From contig NZ_CP015137.1 in the NCBI RefSeq assembly GCF_001644705.1, positions 3,000,001 to 3,032,000 on the forward strand: 32,000 bases of DNA, given 5' to 3'. Made by a program: the position numbers and the translations under genes. The DNA comes from Dickeya solani IPO 2222 (GTDB lineage Bacteria; Pseudomonadota; Gammaproteobacteria; Enterobacterales; Enterobacteriaceae). The notes under the pieces were generated by a model. It was not told where the DNA came from, did no database searches, and saw only the letters and a program-made list of their open reading frames with translations. Of this stretch, positions 9,293 through 17,178 are shown in pieces. Within the stretch, counting starts at the first letter, position 1, and each line of letters opens with the position of its first letter.

Positions 9293-9565
9293 TCAGGTAA
9301 TGGTGTTCCCGCACTGACCGCAAAACTTTGCGCCAGCCTGTACCGAGGTGCCGCATTGCGGGCAAGCTGCCGGCACGAGCGATGAGCCACATTGCTGGCA
9401 GAAACGCGCGGTGGCGGCATTGAGCGACCGGCAATTCGGACAACTCATCCCCGTGTTGTTCCCGGTTGGGTAACGGTCATGAGAATCACGATGGCCGTTG
9501 CCGTGATGATATCCGTGATGGCCCCCTCCGTGATGACCGCCAAATAATTTGTCAAAAATACCCAT
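9293..9565 (-). CDS. His/Gly-rich double zinc-ribbon protein (90 aa)
   Basis: ATG at 9565 has a GGAG motif 8 nt upstream. The N-terminus is GGHHGGGHHGYHHGNGH. Two CxxC...CxxC ribbons follow (CPNC...CQQC, CPQC...CGQC). Confidence 0.6.
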   Translation of the reverse strand: MGIFDKLFGGHHGGGHHGYHHGNGHRDSHDRYPTGNNTGMSCPNCRSLNAATARFCQQCGSSLVPAACPQCGTSVQAGAKFCGQCGNTIT

Positions 9566-9657
9566 AGATATTTCTCCGCTCACTGTTGGAATTTGCCAGA
9601 CGACCGACGCTGTGGATAAGCGCCATCCGTTGTATGCGGCTTATTCAACACCCTGTA

Positions 9658-9745
9658 GTTACTACAGGGTCAAGAGTTACTACAGGGTCAAGAGTTACTA
9701 CAGAGTCAAGAGTTACTACAGGGTCAAGAGTTACTAAGGGTCAAG
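9658..9745. repeat. About 4.9 tandem copies of an 18-bp unit GTTACTACAGGGTCAAGA
   Basis: Copies lie at 9658-9675, 9676-9693, 9694-9711 (with a G>A variant) and 9712-9729, plus a partial copy at 9730-9745. The first copy forms a hairpin with upstream CCCTGTAG (9651-9669). Confidence 0.95.
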
Positions 9746-10051
9746 CGGGAAACATTTTTTCGAACCCTCCCGTTTTCTGGAGCGGTTCAGACTGCCAGAG
9801 CAACAACTGCTCGATGCGGCGGCGGCCTCAGCCCGGAACAGTTTGAAAACCATAATCGCGCCTGGGGCCGAGTCCACAATACGTGGGTAAGATCAATGTT
9901 CCATCTTGCTGTGCTATACCAGCACTGTTCGCGTCTGGTGCAGCGGTGCCTTGTATTTTCCCCGGCCTCGTTGTGGCCGGGGAAAGGGAATGATTGAGAC
10001 GAAAAAGAATAGTACCGTATTTATAAAGCAATCAGTTAACTGCGCCTGACA

Positions 10052-10834
10052 CTATTCTTTTACGCTTAAATCAATATCGCCAAAATACCGTTTCTTGATA
10101 CTGGAAAATTCACCGCTGTTCATTATATTTTGCAGACCCTGATTGAGAACCTGCTTTGTTTCCGTATCGCCTTTGCGTATACCGTATGCTGAGCCGATAC
10201 TGAACAAATCCGCATCGGTTATTTCCGGGCCTTTTAACTCAAAATCCTTACCTTCCGGAGTTTGTAAGAATCCGAATGTCAGAGCAACTGATGGACTCAG
10301 CGCACCCTCAACCCTCCCGGCATATAAATCTTCGTAAATTGCCTCCTGGTCAGGGTAGCTAATAACGTTAACCCCTGCAGGCAGCCAGTGTTTGTTGGCA
10401 TAGGCTTCTTGAATAGTTCCTTGTTGTACCGCTATATTTTTCCCTCGAAGCATGTCGACCTGAGGAAGAAGGTTAGTCTCTTTCCTTGCGACAAATCTGG
10501 TTGGTATATGAAAAATATAGTTGCTGAAATCTATCGATTCCTTTCTCTTCTTTGTCACACCAAGTGGTGAAATGACGTCTATTTTTTTGGCGAGGAGGGC
10601 CGGGATCTGGGCATCGAATGTATTTACAATATAGTCGCATTTGGCATTTACTGATTTACAGATGGCATCGGTTATATCGATATCAAACCCTGATGGATTG
10701 CCATTTTTATCCCTGATCTGAAAGGGCGGATAAGTCAAGTCGACGCCAATACGAATGACCTCCTGTTTAGCAAATGCAAATGGTGAAATAGCGAAAATGA
10801 CAATGATCTTTACGAGAGATAGTTTTCTGAACAT
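10052..10834 (-). CDS. Periplasmic amino-acid-binding protein (SBP family 3, HisJ/ArtJ-like), with no adjacent permease or ATPase
   Basis: It has a signal peptide (MFRKLSLVKIIVIFAISPFAFA), the pattern IRIGVDLTYPPF ... GFDIDI and a typical length of 260 aa. AAGAGGTG lies 8 nt upstream of the ATG. The gene is AT-rich relative to the core. Confidence 0.8.
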   Translation of the reverse strand: MFRKLSLVKIIVIFAISPFAFAKQEVIRIGVDLTYPPFQIRDKNGNPSGFDIDITDAICKSVNAKCDYIVNTFDAQIPALLAKKIDVISPLGVTKKRKESIDFSNYIFHIPTRFVARKETNLLPQVDMLRGKNIAVQQGTIQEAYANKHWLPAGVNVISYPDQEAIYEDLYAGRVEGALSPSVALTFGFLQTPEGKDFELKGPEITDADLFSIGSAYGIRKGDTETKQVLNQGLQNIMNSGEFSSIKKRYFGDIDLSVKE

Positions 10835-11279
10835 AACAATAACACCTCTTTTTAACCGTATAAAAATGAATATAAATATTCCAGTATCATCTCATCACCG
10901 GTGGTAGGAAATGAGCTGATACCACGCAGGTTTGCCCTCTTAATTCCGGCTGAACCTGGGCATCACCGGCCGTATTTCCGGAGGGTAAGTCAGAAAGCGT
11001 TATTCAGCCCCACATCCGGAAAACGGACATTAACTTATACGTAAAACTATAACCAATGGTTATTATTTTGTTTGCAGGATGTAAAATTTATGTGTGGTCG
11101 GGTGCCGGTATCGCAGCCGGTGGGGGGCGGCTCTGACTACACATCATATGGTAGCGGCGTTGCTGACCGGCTCGGTAACCAGCAGGCCAATTGAATCACC
11201 ACGGTTTTAACCGACACCTCAGAGTCATTTAAAATGGCTTAAAAAGAGGTACCCATGAGCGGTTGTAAGCGCACCCGTT

Positions 11280-11582
11280 TTAGTTCCACGCACTTTTTGA
11301 GATTTCCGGGTTTTCAGCCATCTGCCGGTACTCTTCCGGTGTCAGGTTATTCAGGGATTCATGGGGGCGCTCGCTGTTATATTCAGCCAGCCAACGTTCT
11401 GTAATTTCCCGCGCTTCATTCAGTGTTCTGAACAGATAAAAATCCAGTATTTCTGTCCGGTACGTCCGGTTGAACCGTTCGATAAAGGCATTCTGCGTTG
11501 GTTTTCCCGGTTTGATAAATTCCAGCACCACGCCATGCGATTCTGCCCATTGTGCCAGCGTCAGAGAGACCAGCTCCGGGCC
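11280..11582 (-). pseudogene. IS3-family orfB (DDE transposase), C-terminal fragment
   Basis: It translates to (G)PELVSLTLAQWAESHGVVLEFIKPGKPTQNAFIERFNRTYR...ERPHESL. This continues exactly from ...LRMDNG on the far side of the inserted IS110-type element. Confidence 0.8.
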
Positions 11583-13141
11583 GTGATACCTATTGAATGC
11601 ATCCAGTTCGCGTTTTACTCAGCCATTTTCTACAACTTGTAATGCCTGTCACAAGTGGAGAAAATCAATGAATACTCTTGTCAGTAACACCAGCCTGTCG
11701 GGGACACTGATTGCCCTGGATATCGCTAAAAAACATCATGATGCAAAAATTCGACACCCGGATGGACGAACATCTTTCCTGCGTATTGAAAATACACTGG
11801 AAGGGTTCAACCGATTGCTTGCGCTCACCGCTTCCCCCCATGATGATATTATCGCGGCCTTTGAACCTACAGCTGATTATCACCGTAACATCGCATGGTG
11901 GTTACATAAGCAGGGCGTAAAATGCCATCTTGTTTCATCTGTCAGATGTGCGCGAGCGCGTGAGATGCTGTTTAAGACCTGGGATAAAAATGATCGCAAA
12001 GATGCCAGTGTCATTATGTATTTGCTCGAACAGGGATTATCTTCACCATTTTATGATCCTCTGGCGAATGGCATTATCGATATACAGGAGATATCAAACA
12101 CATACCATCAGGTTACTCTGGCTCGAACCCGATGCCTGAACAGCCTGGTTAACCACTATCTGACCCTTTATTTCCCCGAGGCTGAGCAATTTCTGCATAT
12201 GTCCCGGGCAGAGTGGTTCTGTCAGTTTTTACTTCACTTCCCTACACCGTCTTGTATCACATCACTGAACCGGGATGTGTTTGTAAAACAGTCATGGGAT
12301 GTTGTTGGCAGGAAACAGTATAAACAGCAGTTTCTTGAACATCTCTATGATGTTGCTGCGGATTCCATTGCATTACCGTTGTCAGAAGATTCTCTGGCAG
12401 TGACCACGTTCAGATTACAACTTCATCGTTATGTCGGGCTTTCGGCACAGCGATTGCAGCTTGAAAAGCAGGCAGAAAATTATTTACAGGAACGGAGTGA
12501 CTACAGGCACTTACGTACGATCCCCGGTATTGGCGCCATCATTGCCCTTATGATAATTGCTGAAAGCGGTGATCTGACACGTTTCGCTCATTACCGGCAG
12601 TACCTCAACTTTTGCGGTTTTAATCTTTCCGCCAGCCAGAGCGGGCAAAAGCACAGTGATTACAGATTGTCGAAACGTGGAAATGCGCGGTTAAGATATG
12701 CCTTCTGGCTTGCCGCCACCGTAGCCGTAAGAACGAGAGAAAACAGCTTCCGCTACAAATATGAACGTTATATTCGGGAAAATGGAGATAAGCCAGATCA
12801 GAAAAGAAAAGCCATGACGGCTGTAGCAACAAAAGTCGCCAGAGTGGCGCATGCAATTGTAAAGCAGGATATTGATTACAAAGGGTATTATGAAATAAGC
12901 CATGGGACGTGATTCAACGGGCCGTAAGGCGCATCGCGACCATTAGATAATGCTCAACGCCCATGGTTTCCCAAAATGCTGTGTTAAGTCCTGTCGGGCC
13001 ATTCGGACCCTTGTATGTCATGGTAAGCATATTTATAAGCCGAAAGGAAATGAGCGATATCGGATACAACAATGAACCATCGCCTTTGTATTAGATGGCA
13101 GGATCCTTGCGCGCAAAAACTGTTGATTCAAACGGTAGTCC
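11583..13141 (+). mobile_element. IS110-family element (IS1111-like layout) inserted into IS3 orfB
   Basis: The host orfB codons ATGGACAACGG|CCCGGAGCTG are separated by ~1.56 kb. The junctions are ambiguous by 2 nt (GT occurs at both sides). There are no terminal inverted repeats, as expected for this family. Confidence 0.7.
11668..12912 (+). CDS. IS110-family DEDD transposase/recombinase
   Basis: ATG at 11668 follows GGAG. It has an N-terminal RuvC-like DEDD pattern (LIALDIAK, AFEPTADYH, DRKDA). The C-terminal motif is IPGIGAIIALMIIAESGDLTRF...SASQSG. Confidence 0.85.
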   Translation: MNTLVSNTSLSGTLIALDIAKKHHDAKIRHPDGRTSFLRIENTLEGFNRLLALTASPHDDIIAAFEPTADYHRNIAWWLHKQGVKCHLVSSVRCARAREMLFKTWDKNDRKDASVIMYLLEQGLSSPFYDPLANGIIDIQEISNTYHQVTLARTRCLNSLVNHYLTLYFPEAEQFLHMSRAEWFCQFLLHFPTPSCITSLNRDVFVKQSWDVVGRKQYKQQFLEHLYDVAADSIALPLSEDSLAVTTFRLQLHRYVGLSAQRLQLEKQAENYLQERSDYRHLRTIPGIGAIIALMIIAESGDLTRFAHYRQYLNFCGFNLSASQSGQKHSDYRLSKRGNARLRYAFWLAATVAVRTRENSFRYKYERYIRENGDKPDQKRKAMTAVATKVARVAHAIVKQDIDYKGYYEISHGT

Positions 13142-13633
13142 GTTGTCCATCCGAAGTTTCAGCGGATAACCCCGGTTTGCCACGAGTCTGTCCAGCACTC
13201 TCACGACCCGCTGCGCCGGGATATTCAGGTCAATTTCGATCGCCAGTGCTTCACGGTTAAAATCATCCACCACGTTGAAGGTCCGGAAGCGTCTGCCGCA
13301 CACCAGCGCATCATGCATAAAATCGATGGACCAGCTCTGGTTCATCGCCTCTGGTGTCGCCAGCGGAGCCGGATTACGCACCGGCAGGCGCTGTTTTCCC
13401 TTACGGCGAAAATTCAGTTTCAGCAGGCAGTAAATCCGGTGAACTCTTTTATGGTTCCAGATATTGCCCTGTCTGCGAAGGACCTGAAAAAGCTTTTTAA
13501 ATCCGTATCGCGGATAGCGTTCTGCCGCCACGGTCAGCGCCATAATCACTGGCTCATCACGTCGCGTATCCGGCTGATAATGAAAGACCGTCCTGCTCAG
13601 CGACAATGTCCTGCATGCCTGGCGTAAGCTCAT
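13142..13633 (-). pseudogene. IS3-family orfB, N-terminal fragment
   Basis: It translates to ...RYPRYGFKKLFQVLRRQGNIWNHKRVHRIY...WSIDFMHD...LRMDNG and then runs into the IS110-type insertion. Confidence 0.8.
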
Positions 13634-13683
13634 GGCAAACTGCGCGGTCAGATAGCTGACCAGCTCACGCTTTATCGCTGGTT

Positions 13684-13950
13684 TTAAAGCTTTTTTTCAA
13701 TAACGTCTTTCAGTGCGCGGCACTCGAGACTCAGATCCGCAAACATCTGTTTCAGCCGGCGGTTTTCATCCTCGAGGTCTTTCATCTTTTTGATATCAGA
13801 GGCTTCCATACCACCAAACTTCGCTTTCCAGTTGTAGTACGAGGCCTCAGAGATCCCGGCTTCGCGGCAGACATCTTTAACGGTACGTCCAGCCTCAACG
13901 GACTTCAAAACGGCGATGATCTGGTGCTCGGTGAATCGGGCTTTGCGCAT
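13684..13950 (-). CDS. IS3-family orfA (HTH transposase subunit)
   Basis: MRKARFTEHQIIAVLKSVEAGRTVKDVCREAGISEASYYNWKAKFGGME...LEDENRRLK is the classic IS3/IS407 OrfA pattern. Confidence 0.85.
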   Translation of the reverse strand: MRKARFTEHQIIAVLKSVEAGRTVKDVCREAGISEASYYNWKAKFGGMEASDIKKMKDLEDENRRLKQMFADLSLECRALKDVIEKKL

Positions 13951-14032
13951 AGCGATCTCCTCAACGGGACATAATCAGTATGTCGGAAGATCTCTAAAAG
14001 TGAATGGTTCGGTTTACTGGGATACTTACAGT

Positions 14033-14816
14033 GCTATCTTTGCTAAAGAAGACATTAATGGACCATTACCGAATCTCCTCTTTATCTCTGGTGATAATGA
14101 AAATAGAAATTATTTTTCTCGTATGAAAAAAATAATGGAAGAAGAGGTTTTTTTTATATTTTAATAAAGTTGGTGATGGTTGGATATACCGGGGTGAAAG
14201 GCAAATAATAAGGTTGTTAGAACCATCATCTTTTGAAGCTATGCAAGTCTTGAATAAGGAAGTATGTCGCTTAGATGTAGTTGGTTACAAAAAAAATGAA
14301 CCATTTTGGCAGCTAATTAAAGATGAGAGATATTTATTTGAAAAGCCAAGGGTAATTGAATTTATAGCAGTGATCGATCTGCAATCTTCTTCATTTTTAT
14401 TCAATAAAGCAGAAAGCTCAGTCATTGGTAGAGTAAGGGAGGCTATTATTCGAATTCGTTTAGATCAGAGAAAATTTTCAGCATCAGTAAGTAAACTATA
14501 TAAAAATAAATGTATTATAACTAATGCCCCTAAAATTAAGGATTCACTATATGTTCAGGCATGTCACATTTCAAATGAAAGAGACTCTGATTATAACTTT
14601 CTCGATAACTCATCTAACAATGGAATATTATTAAGAGCAGACCTTCATGCTCTTTTTGATAAAGGATTGATAACAATTGATGCAAAAACAGGTATCGTTA
14701 CTTTTGCAAGTAAGGAGTTGCAATCATTTTACTCTGAGTATCATAACAAACTATGTAAGTCATGGGGACTTGTTCCAAACAAAGCAAGAGAAAATCTTTC
14801 TAAAATTAATATTTGA
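14033..14816 (+). pseudogene. HNH endonuclease of the modification-dependent (type IV-like) kind. The 5' end is lost at the IS boundary and the frame is broken at a T8 run.
   Basis: The C-terminal HNH_2-type motif is RLDQRKFSASVSKLYKNKCIITN...VQACHIS...NGILLRADLHALFDKGLITID. The upstream frame (AIFAKEDINGPLPNLLFISGDNE...MEEEVFF) joins the downstream frame (LYFNKVGDGWIYRGE...) only if one T of T8 (14148-14155) is removed. Confidence 0.6.
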
Positions 14817-14984
14817 TCTTAATTTTTCATGATGAATTGTAATATACTTAAATATAAGATGGTCATGTTTTTTTAATTTTCACATTTTAATAAAACCATC
14901 AATAGTAATTTTTAAATTGTAAATATAGCTACATTGAACAATCAGAAGATAAATAATAATATTTTCATGAGTTTATCTGTTTTA

Positions 14985-15012
14985 TAATGGCCAGATTTAT
15001 CTCTGGCTATTA
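14985..15012. terminator. Hairpin between convergent genes (candidate bidirectional terminator)
   Basis: TAATGGCCAGA (14985-14995) pairs with TCTGGCTATTA (15002-15012) across a 6-nt loop, in AT-rich flanks. Confidence 0.45.
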
Positions 15013-15101
15013 ATAATTTTACCAGCGTGGTTGTTTCTAATATTAAATCAGTCGTTTTCCAGTGTTACTATCAGTTAATAATGGGGTTGTTATTATTTAC
15101 T

Positions 15102-15734
15102 CTACTTAGAAATCGGTTTGGGGAACTCTTTAGAGAAAAGTTCTATGGTAATCTGTAAAAGTTCTAAAGCGTTTAAAATATATGAATGCATTTCTTTGGA
15201 GCTACATCCTTTTATAGCTAAAAGATAAGTGGAATGAGAGTATTTTAACGAAAGAATTCTATAAACTGAATTGTAAAAACGACCGACTTCAGAGGCGTGT
15301 GCTGCGTTGTAAATGCTATATCCACTACTCTCTGTAGGGGATTGAGTAAAATCTTCAATGACTTTTTTAAATTTTTCCTTTTTATCTTCGTTAATATTTT
15401 CGTAATCATTAGGTGCTAAGTCTGCATCAAGTATTTTTGCTGTTTTTTCTAATTCCACAGAAGACGAATTTTTTATTATATCTAAAAAATCTTTTTTTCT
15501 TATCAGAGCAAAAATATTAAAAAAGTGCTCTATAGATAATCTATGGATAGCAAGAGCTTCATTGTAAAACCCACCTTCAATAAGAAGGATCATCGATTTG
15601 TTATTTTGTATAAACAACTCAAAAAACGATATTGCTATTTTTACTCTTTCTTCAAATTCGTTTGTTTTTATGTGAGAAATAATTTCATTTGCATCTTTAA
15701 TAAGTATGTTTAGCTTAGATATGTTATGTTTCAT
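15102..15734 (-). CDS. Hypothetical all-helical protein (~210 aa) with no motif I can name
   Basis: It is a long ORF in very AT-rich DNA, where stop codons are frequent. ATG at 15734 is preceded by GAGAG. Any resemblance to DUF5677-type helical proteins is only an impression. Confidence 0.6.
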   Translation of the reverse strand: MKHNISKLNILIKDANEIISHIKTNEFEERVKIAISFFELFIQNNKSMILLIEGGFYNEALAIHRLSIEHFFNIFALIRKKDFLDIIKNSSSVELEKTAKILDADLAPNDYENINEDKKEKFKKVIEDFTQSPTESSGYSIYNAAHASEVGRFYNSVYRILSLKYSHSTYLLAIKGCSSKEMHSYILNALELLQITIELFSKEFPKPISK

Positions 15735-16043
15735 AAACTCTCTCAATAATTAATTCATCTAATTAAATAGTTAATTTTAAGGCAATGAAATATGAAGTTA
15801 TACGGTTTTTTTTCAATTCCCAGAATAATATCTCCATTTTTTATGAGGTGTTTTTAATGAAATTTATGATGCTAGAATTTACATAATTTATCCTCAGTGA
15901 ATTTTCGTGTTTTTAGCTAGCTTTATTATTTTTATGAAATAAAGAATTAGATTGTTTTTTACTTACATCAGAATATTTTTCTTGGTAAGCTATTTGTTCT
16001 AATCATAATGGAAATCACGCTACTTAGGTATTGGCTAGTATAC

Positions 16044-16220
16044 CTAATGTTTGTAGTGCTTTAAATACATTTCAACAAACATATCACGAGACTCAACTTC
16101 ACGACCAAGAAGCTGCTTCTTAAACTCGTATATTAGGGGTATTTCGTTCTCAGTCAACGGGGAACGTCCATCATAGTTTACAAATGAGTAAATCGATTCG
16201 CTGAGCTCTTTGATATCCAT
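16044..16220 (-). CDS. Small hypothetical protein (58 aa), divergent from hcp
   Basis: It falls below the ORF-track cutoff. ATG is at 16220 with AGGA 4-5 nt upstream. It translates to MDIKELSESIYSFVNYDGRSPLTENEIPLIYEFKKQLLGREVESRDMFVEMYLKHYKH. The stop codon overlaps a hairpin (TTAGGTAT...ATACCTAA). Confidence 0.35.
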   Translation of the reverse strand: MDIKELSESIYSFVNYDGRSPLTENEIPLIYEFKKQLLGREVESRDMFVEMYLKHYKH

Positions 16221-16310
16221 ATCATCCTAATCATTATAATTGCAACAATGGCCTTGAATGTTCATTAACGATAATATGCAAATCGTAGAACCATTGAAAA
16301 GGAAATTTAT

Positions 16311-16796
16311 ATGGCTAATTATGCATACATGACTATCGAAGGTAAATCACAGGGATTGATTTTTGAGGGTTGCTCCACATTAGAATCTATTGGTAACCGA
16401 TATCAGGCAGGACATACCGATGAAATCATGATCCTGGCTTTTAACCATATGATGAGCAATGACGGTCATGCTGTTCATAATCCTATCACTCTGGTAAAAC
16501 CTATCGATAAGTCAACGCCGTTACTGGCAATGGCATTAAACGAGCAAGAGAAGGTCAAAGTGTTGCTAGATTTTTACCGCACGACGCAACATGCCAAGCA
16601 AGAGAAGTTTTTCTCCATTCAGATCAATGATGGACTCATATCTGATATCAACCTCGTCATGCCTAATATCATTGATGATGGTGCTGGCCTGATATTGGAG
16701 CATATCTCTATCAGATATAAAGATGTGACATGGACGCACCACAAAGCCGGAACGTCTGGCTATGCATTGTGGGAAATGACGAAGTTTATGAACTAA
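16311..16796 (+). CDS. hcp: Type VI secretion tube protein Hcp (orphan copy)
   Basis: The protein is 161 aa. It matches the Hcp pattern YMTIEGKSQGLI..GCST.ESIGN....GH.DEI ... KPIDKSTPLL ... ISIRYKDVTWTH..AGTSG. AAGGAA lies 7 nt upstream of the ATG. Confidence 0.85.
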   Translation: MANYAYMTIEGKSQGLIFEGCSTLESIGNRYQAGHTDEIMILAFNHMMSNDGHAVHNPITLVKPIDKSTPLLAMALNEQEKVKVLLDFYRTTQHAKQEKFFSIQINDGLISDINLVMPNIIDDGAGLILEHISIRYKDVTWTHHKAGTSGYALWEMTKFMN

Positions 16797-17178
16797 ACAA
16801 GATGCAGGGTTTCTCCTTGCATCTATCTATGTGAGTTGACACTTTTTGGATTCAAGAGCATACCTGACCGAACAGATAACTTTGTGCTAAGTGCTGATAC
16901 CGTTAACATCCAAGTGAATTGATTAATTGGGTTCAGATTATGAAGAGTAAATTTATGTCTGCATCTAATGAGATGTAAATTGCTATTGTTACTCTAGTTA
17001 GATTATTAGATGATAAGTAGGTAAAATCAGAAAGTCGCAGCTTACAAAATGATGTCTCTGCTGAGGTTTTTTTATTCACTGAATGGTATGTTTTCTTAAA
17101 ATAATTATTATTTACATGGTTTTTTATAAAATAGCAAGTGTAGTATCACATGATAAAACTAACTAGTTGGGAATTGAC

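Larger units (their letters stand above)
11264..14030 (-). mobile_element. IS3-family (IS407-group-like) insertion sequence, interrupted by a second IS
   Basis: The ends are TGTAAG...CTTACA, with imperfect ~35-bp inverted repeats (TGTAAGCGCACCCG...CCACGCACTTTT and TGTAAGTATCCCAG...CCATTCACTTTT). orfA and a split orfB lie inside. An A7G slippery run at 13689-13697 sits at the orfA/orfB overlap. I found no target duplication. Confidence 0.65.

Noticed and set aside
9658-9745. Possible CRISPR array
   Set aside because: The repeats are directly adjacent with no spacers. The unit is only 18 bp, and there are no cas genes in the window.
9759-9771. A tRNA-like T-arm fragment (minus strand GGGAGGGTTCGAA) that could mark an island attachment site
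   Set aside because: No complementary T-stem, acceptor stem or anticodon arm can be built around it. It is a 13-nt resemblance only.
9549-9846. ORFs translating the 18-bp repeats into YYRVKS or VTTGSR peptide repeats
   Set aside because: The periodic peptide is simply a by-product of the DNA tandem repeat. It appears in two frames at once, and neither has a start context.
9960-9982. GC hairpin CCCCGGCC-N7-GGCCGGGG as a terminator
   Set aside because: The T-run lies 5' of the hairpin and the A-run lies 3' on the plus strand. That is the wrong polarity for a rho-independent terminator on either strand, and no gene ends nearby in the right orientation.
9828-10031. 67-aa minus-strand ORF at the island edge
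   Set aside because: It has no ribosome-binding site and no recognisable features, and it spans the compositional transition. It is probably spurious.
11593-11667. N-terminal extension of the IS110 transposase ORF (start at 11593)
   Set aside because: It begins with TTG inside the host IS3 junction sequence. The ATG at 11668 has a proper GGAG site and gives the expected family N-terminus.
13916-14030. The first 38 codons of ORF 13916-14164 as the genuine N-terminus of the HNH gene
   Set aside because: This part overlaps the IS3-family end and orfA on the opposite strand. It is read-through from inside the IS, not native coding sequence.
16801-16830. Hairpin after hcp (GATGCAGG-N6-CCTTGCATC) as a terminator
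   Set aside because: The stem contains a wobble pair and no T-tract follows. It may still pause transcription, but I cannot support calling it a terminator.
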